A stretch of DNA of 64,000 nucleotides from Lama glama (Eukaryota), in assembly GCA_028534125.1 (NCBI GenBank), contig CM052817.1, positions 90,150,001 to 90,214,000 on the forward strand. Reading direction: 5' to 3'. The position numbers and the translations under genes are program-made. Positions 1 through 13,478 of the stretch are shown here, one piece after another (the first letter of the stretch is position 1; each line of letters begins with the position of its first letter). The notes under the pieces are model-generated. The model did no database searches. It worked only from the letters and a program-made list of their open reading frames with translations, and had not been told where the DNA came from.

Positions 1-949
1 TCTTACTTCCTCCTCATTGTTTGGTTTAGCTGGCTGACACCCCGCGCTGACTTTGGGAGTTTTAGGGGGGTTAACTATTGGGTTTCAACATCTCTAGCTT
101 CATGTGAAGCATCTGCAAATAATCAAGATACAGAAAGCCACTCAGAGTGGGAGCTGCCTCCGGGATTTGATTGAACTCAACCTTCCTGTGAGCCCCACTT
201 CTTTGTTTACATACATTCCTGCTCTGTAGGCCAACTTCCTGTCAAAAAGCAGCGTACCAAATTTGAGCATTTAGAAAACAGTGTGGCTGAAACCATTATA
301 ACTCTGGCAACAGACTTCAAGTAATTATTATTTTTAAAGGATATGTTTAAAAAAAAAATACAGCATCTCACCCTAACTTTCAGGATTCAGATCCTTTCCA
401 TACAATTACACACATTCACACACTTCTTTATAGAAAGGGAAATTAGTGCTATTTTCTGCACAAAAATATCTGTCAGTACAGACCCTGTTTGGAGACATCA
501 AAGTGACATACTACAAAGACTGAAAAGGAAAGGAACTTATTTTTCAAAAGTGATAAATCTCTGTGAGAAGAGACACAGTGTGACCAATCCCATATGGTAT
601 AAATTTGAGCAATACAGGTTTCTCAAATCACTCTGGTGTCATGGTTCCTTTGGATCTTTCCATGTATCATCCTTTACCAGTTATTTTCTACGTTTTAGAT
701 CTAGTTCTACCTTCTTTTTCAAAATATTGCTTACTATATATACTCTTTCCTTCTTGCTCTTAATATTTCATTCTCACTTTCCCCCGACAAATCTTAGTTT
801 TCTTTCCTAGATGATACCTATTTTTACCATACACCCTAAATACGCAGTTTCACCCCTCCATTCCTTGCCTTCTTCTCTCCGAGATATACATCATAGTGTC
901 AAGTCTATGCTAGATCTAATTAGGACTAGATTGGATCAGGTCTCTACCA

Positions 950-1990
950 CCCAGAAATCATTCTTTCCGTGGTCACCTGTGACCTCCTTATTATTAAATC
1001 AGAAAGCAATGGGCAGATTTCACTGTGTATTTATTATCCTTTCCCCAGAATTTGATTCTCTTGATGGCACCCCCCCTTGAAACGTCATCCTCCCTTGTTT
1101 TCTAGGACATTATTGTTTCTGCTTTAATTACCATTACAGGCTCCTTTTCTTCCCACATACTGTAAATCTAGGCGGTTCCTAGGCTGCCATTTTTAGATGC
1201 AGTGTTTTTCTAATCTGCACACTCTCTCTCTTCCATAGCATTAGTTGCACAGTAACTAATGATGAGTCCCATTATCTATACATCTAGCCTGTGAGCCTCC
1301 TCACTTACTGCATCCTTCGAGTGGCCAATTTCTATCCATCCTACCTGCACATCTCCCTTGAACCTTTTATTTATCACCATCTCCTACCTTAGAAACAGTA
1401 TAATATAGAGGGATCCAGAGTCAGACTCCTTATGTGTACATCCTGGCTCTGCCTCCTGCTAGCTGTATAACTGAGGCTGAGTTATTTAACTCCTCTGTAC
1501 CGCAGCTTCCACATAGTCAAACGAAGATAAAAACAGACTTATTCACAGTGTGTGCCGATGTTATTATTACACTTATTACAATTCCATTTATCATCATTTT
1601 AAAGAAATCTCCATAGTTATAATCACCACCTAACAGGGCACCCTCTCCCATGCCCCATTTTGACTCTTTTAAAATTAATCTTCTGCCAAAGAGATCAGTC
1701 TCCCTAAAGTGTTAGTGTATCTTTTCTTTTCAGTACCTACAATTGTAGGATGGCTCTGCTTAATTTTCACAATCTAATTCTGACCAGCCACGCTTTACAA
1801 GATATGATTCCTGCCAACCTTTTGAACCTAACCTATTGGCACAGAGGAGAATGGAGGACACCAGATCTCTCCTCCAGCTCTCCAGCAGCAATTGTGATGC
1901 CATATATCCAACCTCTCAGTAATAGAATTATTTTCCCTTTGGCAAAAAATTTCTACTTGTCTATTTCCTAAGCTGCATTCTAAACACATA
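950..1990 (+). mobile_element. L2 relic with a nested MIR (about 1395-1550)
   Basis: ggtcacctgtgacctcc...ccttgaaacgtcatcctcccttg (L2); cagagtcagact...cctggctctgcc...ctagctgtataactgaggctgagttatttaactcctctgt (MIR). Confidence 0.65.
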
Positions 1991-3225
1991 GGCAAGTTGA
2001 AAATGAGATTTAATGATTTTTATGGGTACAGCCACGTTGTGAATTGAGGCAGCAATCCTGAAATACAAATATCGTTACACACCTTCTGTGCACGGCCACC
2101 TATCATTTATATTCTGTATTAGTCTGACCTCCTTTACATTTTGTTCCTAGTGTTTCATTTCACTCTGTCATGCTTCACTGTACTGAAAGCAATAACCATG
2201 GACATGAAATAAATTGATTGTGTTCAAGAGAGATAGTGTAGTTGGTGGAGGTAATTAAGTAGAGAGGTAAATCTTCTTACAAAACCAAAACTGACATTCT
2301 TTTCTGTAGTCCTGAAACTTTAGTTACTCCACTTTAAAAATGTTGTTTACTTTAGCAAAAGAGGACAGCTCAGTATGCATTACACTAATGTGAGTTCTAG
2401 AAAGTGTGTAATGAGGATAATCATGAATTAGAGTCCCTAAGGGTCATCAAAGTTGTGAAGAAAAAATTTAATCAAATTAATTAAAACAATCCATTGGAAC
2501 ATGGCAGTATGCTTGTGTACCATACTACAGTTTCTCAGCATTGGAAAGGACACAGAACTAGTATTTTTTGCTGTTCATTAAGGATAACTTATATATTGTA
2601 CTTTTTACTTAAAGTGACACAATTAAAGTTCAGAATAGTGTAGTGTAGTCTCATCACTTTATATTTGATAAACAGAAAGACACAGTGACTTGATAGAAAT
2701 GAATCACATAATTGGAAGAATAAAACACACCTCTACCAATTCCTGTATTACCAAAAAAAGATTGATTTATTTCTTTATTATTAGTGGACTTGACATGAAA
2801 TGCTTGAGATAATTTTATCAAATAATGTAATACTTAATATATAACTTCAGAATTCCCTCTTCAATTTTTCCAACTCATTAGAACAATAATAATTTCGTTA
2901 GTATCAGTATTTTTAGGTATTTAAAAATGAGTTATCTCTTCAATAGAGACACTCATATTAGTTTAGTTTTAGATGTTACTCAAAGCACCTTCTTAGTAAA
3001 TCATGATTTATGATGTGATAGTTAGCATTACACATTTATTTTCTAGGACTGGTACAAATTTTTTTTTTGGCAAATTTATTACTCTGCCTTGAATGTTTGG
3101 AAATAACTACAGCTTCTCAAATTATTTAAACAATCTATTTTAATAAATAATATTACATATACTTACTGTATGTCAGTGCTCAGAGATAGGTGAGATGACA
3201 CTTATCAAAGATAGATGGAATGAAA

Positions 3226-3525
3226 ACGTCTTTCTTTGTCTATGAGCGTTATTTAAACAGCAGTGCTCTGTCTTCTTACATTTGAGACTATTGATCGGGT
3301 CACAGTGGCAGAGGAACGGGGACACCAGTGTGCACGCTGTCCGCGTGAGCAGTGCTGCCTCATGAGCCCCTCAGAAGTGAGTCAGGGAACTGTCAGCAGA
3401 ACTGCTCCAAAGTTTGCTTCGTGGAAAGCAGATAAGTGGTCCCTCAGGTAAGGAAGACTCAGACAATAAAGCTTCACAGATTGTAAGCAACACCTTAATT
3501 GTGTTTGAATGTGAACAGGAAGTCA
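3226..3525. promoter_or_regulatory. Candidate enhancer or exon-containing CpG-retaining patch
   Basis: Local CpG cluster in a depleted background; AP-1 TGAGTCA at 3378-3384, AGATAA at 3430-3435, ETS CAGGAAGT at 3516-3523; strong donor CAG|GTAAGG at 3447/3448. Confidence 0.3.
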
Positions 3526-6500
3526 ATGCAGTTCTCTGCTGTAAAATGAAGTTTACATTACTAAGGAAGCATGTGCTTTATTCTGTACCCTTAGAAACTT
3601 CAGAATATATGCCAGTGGGGTGTTAATATTTGATCACCTTTAATATTTCAAAAGCCTTAATTTGAAACAGTCAAGTGCCACATGGAATATGTGATCTTCC
3701 TGAGTATTTGTGACATCTTTATGCTATAACTGAATTCGTGCTTATCCAGATTTAATGAAACATATCGTACATAAGAGGAATAGCTACATATCAAAATAGT
3801 CTATCTTGTTGCATACCATCCAGGTCCTTCCTTTGCTGTATTTTCAACTATTTTACATTGACTCTATTTATAGATTTTGTTTTGTTTTGTTTAAATATCC
3901 TTCTTATGAATTGGACTGTAAGCTCTTTGAAGACAAGGTCTACGCCTGCCTAGGTTTATTACCATATAATCAGGAACCAGTTCAGTCTCTGGAATTGGAG
4001 GGGCTCAATAACCATCAGTTGAATGAATTAATGTTCTTTTAATGTTGTTTTGAAAGGTATGGGGAGGAAGATAGTGCTGTGTGATTTAATCCTAGAGCAT
4101 ACAGAACAGGAATGAAATAAACTCAAAGCATGTTTACTTTTAATAAACAAAGTATTGTTTTGTTGTTAATTGTTAGTTGTTAATAATATTAAACCAAGAG
4201 TTCCTTTATAAAAACTTTTATATTCTTATTATGAAAAACAACAAAAACAAAGCTGTTTGTATAGTATAAAATAGTAGGACCAATACAACATTAAACATTT
4301 TAATGTTTATATTTAGAATTTCAAATATCAGTAATATTTTCCCAGAATCTATCCTGATATTCTTTACAAACAGAAGAAAATGTGTAATATAAAAATAATA
4401 TGGTCATGTCTTTTGTACAAAATAATGCAATTGATGATACATTATTATTCTAGGTTTATGTAATTTCCCTTGTCTGTTCCCTATTGTGACAAATAGCATG
4501 GGTTTGTAAAATGACTGTCTAGAGAAAGGGCAAAAAAGTGTGTCCTGGAGCATGGAAAAGGTAACAGGCCTCCACAGGCAGTAAACTCATGGTTTCATTG
4601 TGTTAGTTCAAGGCTCATCCCCATGGAGCAGAGCAGCAAGGATTTGGGGTCCATTTCCTTTCTCACACCACATCCTTAACACTCATCATTGCACTCAGCC
4701 TTTTCATAGCTTTGCAGCTTGGAAATTCCACAACTTTTGGGTTGTACAACTAATGTAAACTCCAGATCACAATCCACTTCTTAATATAAGCATGTGTTCA
4801 AGACCATTTCCTAATATAGAAAGATATGCTCTCTATTCTGATTACATTCTGCAACATTTGGTTATTTTTCTTTGGCCCACCCTGGAACCTCATTGTAATG
4901 TGGAAAGCTCTCAAATATTTAGATAAGAATATAAATAAAAATTACTTCTGTCTTCTTTTATAAACCTATTGCTGCTGTTACTCCTGCCTCATCTGCTGTC
5001 ACTTTTAATTTTTCTTATTTGACTACAAACCAAGATTCTTGATTTCACAGTGTTCTTTTTTTTTCCTCACATAGCATTTAAAGTTTGTAATTGTTTTTAT
5101 TAAAGATCAGTTTACTAAAATTCCTCCACAGGCTTCTTTGTTAACATTCAGTACCTCAAACAATACTTTTATGTAGTGGTTGTTTAATAATTATCCTATA
5201 TCTATTGGAAAAAAAATCATCATAAAAGTTAAATTTACTTAATTTCTGAAAAAATACATAATATTCACACACACAGATGTGAATGTACATATGTATACAT
5301 CTATCTCTATATCTACATTTAAGATGTGTAGATATATATGAGGATACTACAGAAAAAATGTCAGTATGTCCCTCAAAATCACCATAGTAGATGTGCTATG
5401 GGAGACATGTATGTGAAACACTTTTAAAGATGGTACTTTTGAGACTAAAGATAGTGATCCCTCATTTCAAGAAAGTCTTACTGAATCTAGAAATAAGATC
5501 TAAATAAAATGTATTGAATTGAGTGTCAAAAATATTCCAAAATCATGCATGTGATAAGCCAAGAGTTGCCACAGTGCTTTGCAAAATGGTCAACAAATAA
5601 CGTTAAACTTCAACCCCAATGCAAGGAATACTGTAGAACTGTTGAAAGTCACTCATCCTATTCTTTGATGTAAACCATTAGCAGATTATAATCAAACAGA
5701 TCTTAACCATACACTTTGGTGTCATAGGAGTATGCTTGTCATAATACTCTGCTACCGAAGAGAAGAATGGAGATATAGGGTATGAGGATGGAAAGAGAAT
5801 GAACAGAGAAATATTTTTCAGAGAAATTTTATTTTTTATCTTTAATGAGATATGTATGTTTACTATCTTTGTTTTAAAAACAAAAATAATAAACAGACCT
5901 CAGAAAAGGAAAAAGAAAATAAAATCTGAGCTTTTAGTTTAAATCTAATTTTGTAAACTCTTCTTTCATGTAAAAAAATCTATCCTCAGACAGAAAAATG
6001 CTCCCTATTTTATTTGATATTACAGATTTAAATAACTTTGGGTATCTATTTTGTTTAGGTGAGGTAAGAGGGCATGATACTTACTATTTTGAAATTATTT
6101 TGTCAAAGTTAGGATATTGCTAGATATGAATAACAGAAGATTCCATGTAGTTTAATTTTATAAGAGAAATTTAAGAATTAAATTTCTGTTTACGAAGCTG
6201 TAAAAACCCACATCAGATAATCATCATCCTCATGGTATCATGACTGTCCATTTACTGTAAATTAATTTGCTGGAATGCTGTATATTTTGTTTTCAGTGGT
6301 GTCCATCGTGCCATCCTAAATTTGGGGTAATCTCACTACTTTCCATCTTTCCTGGGTTTGCGATTGCTCCTTCCCTGTTTTCTTAGAAGTCACTTTACAT
6401 CCCCGAGCAAAAACCACTCGGGCCTTATTGTGACAGAGATCTTACAGTGACCACACTCCTTCCATTTCCTCCCAACACTTATTCAAGACAGTAAATTCTG

Positions 6501-7509
6501 GCAATTGAAACAGAGTTCATGCTGTAGGTATCATATTTCTCAATCAGCATCAACAAATAATAGCTTTACTCTGGGAAAGTGAAACTATGGAGTCTGTCTT
6601 TCTGTTCAAAGTCGGCACTGGCTGAAAAAGGCATTATTAAACCTGAATTTCCTTTAACTTCAAGAGACAAAGCTGCAGGGTTTGTTGTCAGTGATCCAAG
6701 GCAAGAATTCTCAATGTGGGTACATACTTTCCTATAGAATGTTATTAGGTACCATGTAGGAAAGAAAATGTTGTCATTTAAAAAAAAAATTGGGGGGGAA
6801 GGATGGGTTGAAGAAGTTGAGCAAGTGTCCTTACTGCAAGGATCTTCAGTATCTTAATGTGTAGCATCTATTTACGGAATGTGCTGAGCTCTTTGGAAAG
6901 TTCAAGTCTAACCTGAGCCCCATTGTAAGTCAGCATTAAGGACAACTGCCTTCACCCTGAAGGAGCCACGGTAGTGACTCAACCACATTATCTGAGAGTA
7001 TGATTTTCAAAGAAAATGAAAGAGTACACATGGGCATAGTCTCTAGCCTCTCTTTTCCTCCTATAAAGCCTAGAAAGGCTCCTACGAAGTGCCTACCTGG
7101 AAAAGCATAACATAGGCAGCTCTAAGAACAGAACCAGAAAATGGCTTCCACTTAATTCGCAGCCTCCAGGTAGAAGAGTGTGATGAACTCTTGACGCCTG
7201 GTTCCAGACTTTGTATGGCCCAATCTAGCTTATACAAGGTTTTTTTTTGGATTTGAGAAAGCACTCCAGCTAGCAACAATTTGTTGTTTTATCTCCGCTC
7301 TGCAAATATTCCTCTTAAAGGCTTTGTGAGTAAAGTTGTTTTGACTGAGGGCAGAATCAAAGTATTTTGGGTACTCTAGCCAAAATCAGCTTAATATTAT
7401 TTGAAATCCCACCTTGGATACATCCTTTTCTTTAATATTTCTTTCATATGTAACAGTTTTTGTGTACTTGCTTAAACCCATAGTTTTTGCTTTTTAATTT
7501 GAGTCTATG

Positions 7510-7730
7510 GAATAGCTGTTAATTTAGTAGGGTTCAGATGTTGGCTCCACTACTTACTAGATAGGTCGTCTTCGTTTCTTAATATCTTTGAGCCACGATT
7601 TCCTAAAACATAAATGGAATTATTAATACCTACCTCATAGTGTTATTTCAAGTAATGCCTGAAAAGATATACATAGTCATTAAAATAGTATAAGGCATAT
7701 CATAAGAGCTAGATAAATTATAATAGCTAC
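7510..7730 (+). mobile_element. MIR SINE
   Basis: gggttcagatgttggctccactacttactag...tttcctaaaacataaatgga...aatacctacctcatag. Confidence 0.7.
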
Positions 7731-7769
7731 ACATTTGATATCTTAATACCATCCACTGTGTTCGATTAC

Positions 7770-8136
7770 TTTATTTTTTATTTTTCTTAATTAAAGTATA
7801 GTTGGTTTATAATGTTGTGTTAATTCCTGGTGAGTAGCATAGTGTTTCAGTTATACGTACATATATTTATATATATGTTCCTTTTCATGTTTTCTTTTTC
7901 ATTATAGGTTACTACAAAATATTGAATATAGTTCCCTGTGCTATACAGTAGGGCCTTGTTGTTTGTTTTATATATAGTAGTGTGTATCTGCAAATTCTGA
8001 ACTCTCAATTTATTCCTCCACCCTTCCCCTTTTCCCCCTAGTAACTATAAATTTGTTTTCTATGTCTGTGAGTCTGTTTCTGTTTGACAAATAAGTTCAT
8101 TTGTGTCATTTTTTAAAATATTCTGCATATAAGTGA
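7770..8136 (-). mobile_element. Short L1 3'-end fragment (artiodactyl type)
   Basis: T-rich tail plus attgaatatagttccctgtgctatacagta, a motif shared with the other L1 3'UTRs in the window. Confidence 0.9.
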
Positions 8137-8179
8137 CCAATTATTTGTAGAATAGATTCCAGACTTCTTGAAAATCACA

Positions 8180-8610
8180 TGTGAAATCATTCTCTTTCTG
8201 CTTAACTGCCCCCATTTTGTGTTACTTTTCACTTCTGTGTCTAGCTGGTCCCACTGGCCTTTAATCTGGTCCTTTAATACAACAAGCTTGCTCTACTTAT
8301 TTGTACTTGCTCTGCTTATTTCCTAGAATTCCCATCTGTAACATTTTTATTTGGTTGAATCCCTCCTGTCACTCTGGTCTCAGTCCAAATGTCACCTTTC
8401 CTGAACATACAAACGACACTGTTGTTTTAATGATATTTACCATTTGTTGAAATTCTCTTATATGTTTCTTTATTTACTTGCTTTTGCCCATCTTCACCAT
8501 GGTGTAGGGCATAGGGGCCTTCTCTGTTATGTTCAAAACTATATTCAAAGTGCTTAGAATAGTGTTTGGATCAAGGTCAATTCTCAATCAATTTTTGCTC
8601 AATAAAATAA
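8180..8610 (+). mobile_element. L2 3' fragment
   Basis: tctcagtccaaatgtcacct...gtgcttagaatagtgtttgg...ctcaatcaatttttgctcaataaaataaatg. Confidence 0.65.
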
Positions 8611-9009
8611 ATGGGGTAGATTGTGGCATAGTAAGTGATTCTGCTGTGGGTTTGGTCAGGACTAGAAGTTGTGGATATTCCGGTACCTGGCGCCAGAGTG
8701 AGGTGCCTGGGGGATAGCTGAGTGAGATACGTAGTCAGCAATATTAGCTCTTCATTCTAATGATCAATCCATGTTATGGTGCAGAAAGAAAAGGACAACA
8801 CTGGGACGTTATAAATTTGATGCACCAACATATATTCATGACTGGCAGTGTCAGATGATCATAAAGTCAACATCACACTCTTGTTGACTGGCAACATGTG
8901 TGCTCAGAGCCAGAAACATGCATCAGAGGAACACTTTTGGGACTTAATCTAAGATACACATGGGAGAATGGTCTTAAGAGTTTCTGCCTGTAGGACAAAC
9001 TTAGATATC

Positions 9010-10100
9010 AAAAATAGCCCAGGGCACCTAGCACTCAATTCTTGATTTCTAATATCATTCTTCAATAAAAGGAACTAGGGCTACTTGTTAAAATGACTGA
9101 ATCTGGAGCTAGGGCAGAGAATATACAAGATAACCCAGAGTATCTTATAGTGCCCCCAAATAAGGAGGTACTCAAATAGCAAAAACAAACAAGAGATCCT
9201 TACAATGATGGGGATATGTCAAAGGTACACAGGTACCAATTAAAAGAGTTCTGAAAGGCCAAAGAACAATTTGAGCAACAAAATAAATAATGTAGTATTG
9301 GATTATAGCCCAAAATATAAAACAAATATTCATGAATCTAAACTAATATAAAGAAATAAGTGAATAACTAAATAAATGGGGGGAAAAGAAACAAATCTCC
9401 CTTGAAGAAGAATTCCAAATGATTTCTGTAGATACTCTATTCTCAAGGAGGTAGAGAATTAATACCTCTTGAATGTGGGATGCTCACAGTGGCTTTCTTC
9501 TAATAAGTAGGGTATGAATAAAAAAGGAAGGAATAACTTTACAGTGGAAAAAACTGACAAACACTACTTTAGTCAGGTGATCAAGATTAACATCAGTGAT
9601 GATAAATCTTATTATAATATGTGGCCTTGATATGATGTGATGGTACTTTGATACTTTGCCTCTGTGGTCTTCCTCCCCAGAACCCCAGTCTCATCATGAG
9701 AAAAAATATTAGACAAATACCAATTGATGAACATTCTACAAGATACCCAACTAATACTCCTCCAAAATATCAGGCTTATCAGAAACAAAAAAAGTCTGAG
9801 AAAATATCTCAATCAAGTGGAGCCTAAAGAGACAAGGCTGACTAAAGGTATAGTGGTATCTTAGAAGGGATCTTGTAATAGAAAAAGGACACTAGGCAAA
9901 AACTAAAGAAATATTAAAAAAAAAAGTATTGGCTTTAGTTAATAATTTATCAATATTGGTTTGTTTATTAGTTCTTATAAATGTACCATACTAGTTAATA
10001 AGAGCAGAAACTAAGTTTCAGTATATGGGAATTATTTGTGTTACCTTTGAAATTTTTCTATAAATTTAAAATTATTCTCAAGTAAATTTTTTTTTTCAAA
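9010..10100 (+). mobile_element. L1MC/L1MD-type 3'UTR relic
   Basis: Motifs caataaaaggaactagggct, gggatatgtcaaagg, ctgacaaacactactttagtcaggtgatcaagattaacatca. Confidence 0.75.
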
Positions 10101-11750
10101 ACCCATGATAACCATTCATACTTGACTTCATGGAAACAAGCGATGAGTATACTGAGTGACAGTTTAAATATACTTCAAAAACACTTAATATTCTATAGTT
10201 GTTATTAAATCAACTTTTGTGTTTATATATTAAATGTAGAAAAAGACATCTGATGTACAAATGAATGAATTAATGAAAAACCAAGATTTTTATTTTTGTG
10301 TATGTTATTATAAAAATTACTCCTTAGATATTTTATGATTTTGAGAGGAAAATAAAGAAATGAAAAAGAAGCTAGACTTTTTAGGTTTAAATCAAGCAGT
10401 GAGGAAGAAAATCCTTAGGTAGTAATTTTATTTTAGCTAAATGTAAAACAAAATAATAATAGCATACTTTTATGTGGTTATTTCTATAATAGGAATCAAA
10501 AGCTTTTTAGAGCCATTATCTCATTCTTTCAGCACCATTTTGTAGATTAAGGTTTGAAAAAAAAAGCCCTTTTTTAATATAAAGAATAGTTCTTTAAAAA
10601 TTAAGGCTGTGACAAACATTGTTTAATTTAGTCATTTCTAAGCCTGAATGGACCAACTTCCTTTGGGTTGTGTAACTATTTTTAGTATAAGGCAGATATT
10701 TTTATATAATTCCCCAAGGAAACCATCTATTCTTATCTCTGTTCTCAGAATCCTGATTTTTTTTTTAAATAGAAAAAGACAGAAAAGATGCATGAAAGTA
10801 AGATTAAAGAGTTAGAAACTTAAGTTTACCATATTTAAAAAAAGATACTTTTTCAAAGTTGGCAAAAGTTCAAAAAATGACAATAGTATATTGGTAAGAT
10901 ACAGTGAAATTGATGATCCTACTACATCACTCGTGATAATATTGATGGATTTCTTTTTGAAAAACAACTAGAAAGTCTCTTTCATTCCACTTGGAGCAAG
11001 TAATCTCATATCTTTAAATGTATCACAAGCAAAGAATACAGAATATTAAAAAAGGGGGACAAACTGCTGGAAAATGAAGATTAATTTTAATATAGTGTAC
11101 ATTTGAAAATAAACAATTTAAAATGCACCCAAATAAAGAACTGGGTAAGAAAATAACATTATTGGAGAAATTTATGCAGTTATTAAAATACTTGCAAAGA
11201 ATACTAACGAATTTAAAGCCTTAAAAAAAAGCCAGTATAAAAATATAGATACTCTCAAAAACATTAGCTTAATATCCTTTATTCTTAAGCTTACATATCA
11301 TTTTGACAACTGTTTGCCAAAGCAAATTATTAGTTTTATTTATATATGCTATATTGTAATTAATTCAGTTTGATGGAAGTATTGAAAGCTACGTTGCCCA
11401 AATTGACCATTTTTGAAAGCATCATTAAGGCTTTTCTAGGGTTGTAATGGTTAACTAATGACATGACATTAAAATTTTTTCAGCCTAAAACCATATCGGT
11501 CATGCACCACTGAGTAAGATTTAAGGAACTCAAGCAATTATTCACATGTTGAAGTGGACAAAAAGAAAAAAAAGAAAAAATGTCTTAAAAAATAAGTGCT
11601 GGTTTTGCTTCTAGGTATTCTGTTAGTTGCAGAATGGTAATGGAGACCAGATTAAGCTTCTCAGCTTTCCATGAAGGTTTACAAACTCATCTTCTATTCA
11701 CTTGGTTCTTAAAATTATCCTCTATCATTAAAGCAAAAATATAAAATTAC

Positions 11751-12333
11751 CATGGTAGGCAGGATTTTGGTCTCTAAGATCTGCATCCCCTGGTGTGAAT
11801 GTTACCTTACGTGACAAAAGGAACTTTGCATATGGAATTAAGGTTGCTAATCAGCTGACTTTAAATTAAGATTATCCTGGGCCCAATGTAGTACCACCCA
11901 ATGTAATCACACTTGCCTTTATAAGCAGAAGAGGCAGGAGAATAGAGACATGAGAAACACCTACCCACCACTCATGTCTTTGAAGACAAAAAGGGCAAGA
12001 GTCAAGGAACATATGGTGGCCTCTGGAAATAGGGAACAAGCCATACTGACAAGCAGTCCTACAACTGCATGAAACTAGACTTCACCAATACCCTACAGAA
12101 GCCAGCAAATGGATTCTCACCTAGAGCCTCCAGCAAGGGACAAAGAGCTGCTGACACCTAGATTTCAGCCTTATGAGACTAAGGAGAGGAATTAGCCCAG
12201 CTCACCTGACTTCTAAACAATGAGATACCCACACCCACTGAAACCCACCGCCTGTGGAAATATGTTATTATATAATAAATTGTGTTGTTTTAAGCCACTA
12301 AATTTGTTATAGCAGCAATATGAAGCTAATACA
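11751..12333 (+). mobile_element. MaLR solo LTR (MLT1D/E-like)
   Basis: tggtaggcagga...gtgaatgttaccttacgtgacaaaaggaactttgca...ctagagcctccagcaagg...tgttgttttaagccactaaatttgttatagcagcaata...ctaataca. Confidence 0.88.
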
Positions 12334-12639
12334 CTAGTAGACCATACTGCCTTCATTGATGGGTACCACTATCTCAAGACAACACCCTCCAAAAGCCAAA
12401 AAAGGTAAAAAAGGCTATTTATGAATCAGTTGGAAAGATACGAACTCACATTCTCTCCTACATGCTTCACTAAAATTGGATTAAGCTGGAAAAAATTACC
12501 TTAGTTCTCTTTAGATTCATCTTCTTTCTCTTAATTGGATTTTAACACTGCCTTTCTGCCTTTATAAACTTTTTATTTTTTGGAAAAACCTGCTATATGA
12601 GCAGTATTACTGTATTCACTTTTAAGATTTTGATAAATT

Positions 12640-13478
12640 GACCAAAGCAAGGCAGCTTTGGTCACAGGCAGGGGTTGGCAGCTCCTGTGAAAACCATGAT
12701 GTATGTCAGCCACCCGGTGATGCCCTCCTCTCATGGTGATGAGCATGTTCTGAGGCATTTTCTGCTTCCTGGTGCCCTGGTTCATCCCCAAGGGTCCCAA
12801 CCAAGTTATCATCATTACCATGTTGGTGACCTGTTCAGTTTGCTGCTATCTCTCTTGGCTGATTACAGTTCTGGCCCAACTCAACCCTCTCTTTGGACCA
12901 CAGTTGAAAAGTGAAACAATCTGGTACCTCAAGCATCACTGGCCTTGAGGAAGAAGGCCTGCTTTCCAGTGCACAGTAATTGAGGTCATGAAGAAATCCC
13001 TCTCAATACAAAATTGTCTCCATGCCATAATCACCTTCCTTGACTCACCTATTTTGTCTATCAGCTGCCTTAAATGTTCACACCACATTTGAATATCTTA
13101 TTCTACAAAAATGCAGTATTTTTTCCTGTCACCCTTTGTTACCCTCTGATGAGTTATGTGCCTATTAACCTAAACTGTGCTAACTCCACAAAACAATTAT
13201 ATACTCTTCTGAAATCAAAAGTGCTATTCTTCCAATAAATACTTTACTCTCTACTTGGAACCTGTGGATGTGAGGATGGCTCCTGGCTGCTCACAACAGG
13301 AGAATCAGCAAAGAGTTTAAGAACTGGTACAAGACGCCAGTGAGGCAGTCAATAGGAGAACATGTTCAGAGGGCAGATCTGTCCCAACAGATTTATACCA
13401 AAGTTTATTTCCAGGATGGATTTCTTATTTCTGCCGTCTTTTAGAATAAATTATTCTTCTGCCTTCTATGGAAAAAAA
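12640..13478 (+). pseudogene. ATP6V0E1: Processed pseudogene of V-ATPase V0 subunit e1
   Basis: The + frame at about 12727-12948 reads [72 protein letters not shown], colinear with mammalian ATP6V0E1 (...[73 protein letters not shown]). ATG at 12696 is followed by a frameshift, and there is a W-to-stop change at 12751-12753. No introns; about 500 bp of 3'UTR-like sequence; AATAAA at 13445-13450; A7 remnant at 13472-13478. Confidence 0.96.

Noticed and set aside
343..810. 155-aa + ORF
   Set aside because: F/S/L-rich low-complexity translation of T-rich DNA running into an L2 relic; no recognisable family.
6330..6527. Additional catenin/vinculin-like motifs downstream of 6297
   Set aside because: All three frames give equally suggestive fragments, so none is informative.
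12573..12914. His-rich ORFs and a minus-strand reading with in-frame TGA codons suggestive of selenoprotein P
   Set aside because: These are alternative frames of the ATP6V0E1 retrocopy.
13047..13450. Exon-like readings (minus strand DIQMWCEHLRQLIDKI followed by GTGAGT; plus strand ENQQRV*ELVQDASEAV)
   Set aside because: They lie in the ATP6V0E1 3'UTR. This is an internal demonstration that protein-looking translations arise by chance, and the reason the vinculin-like call has modest confidence.
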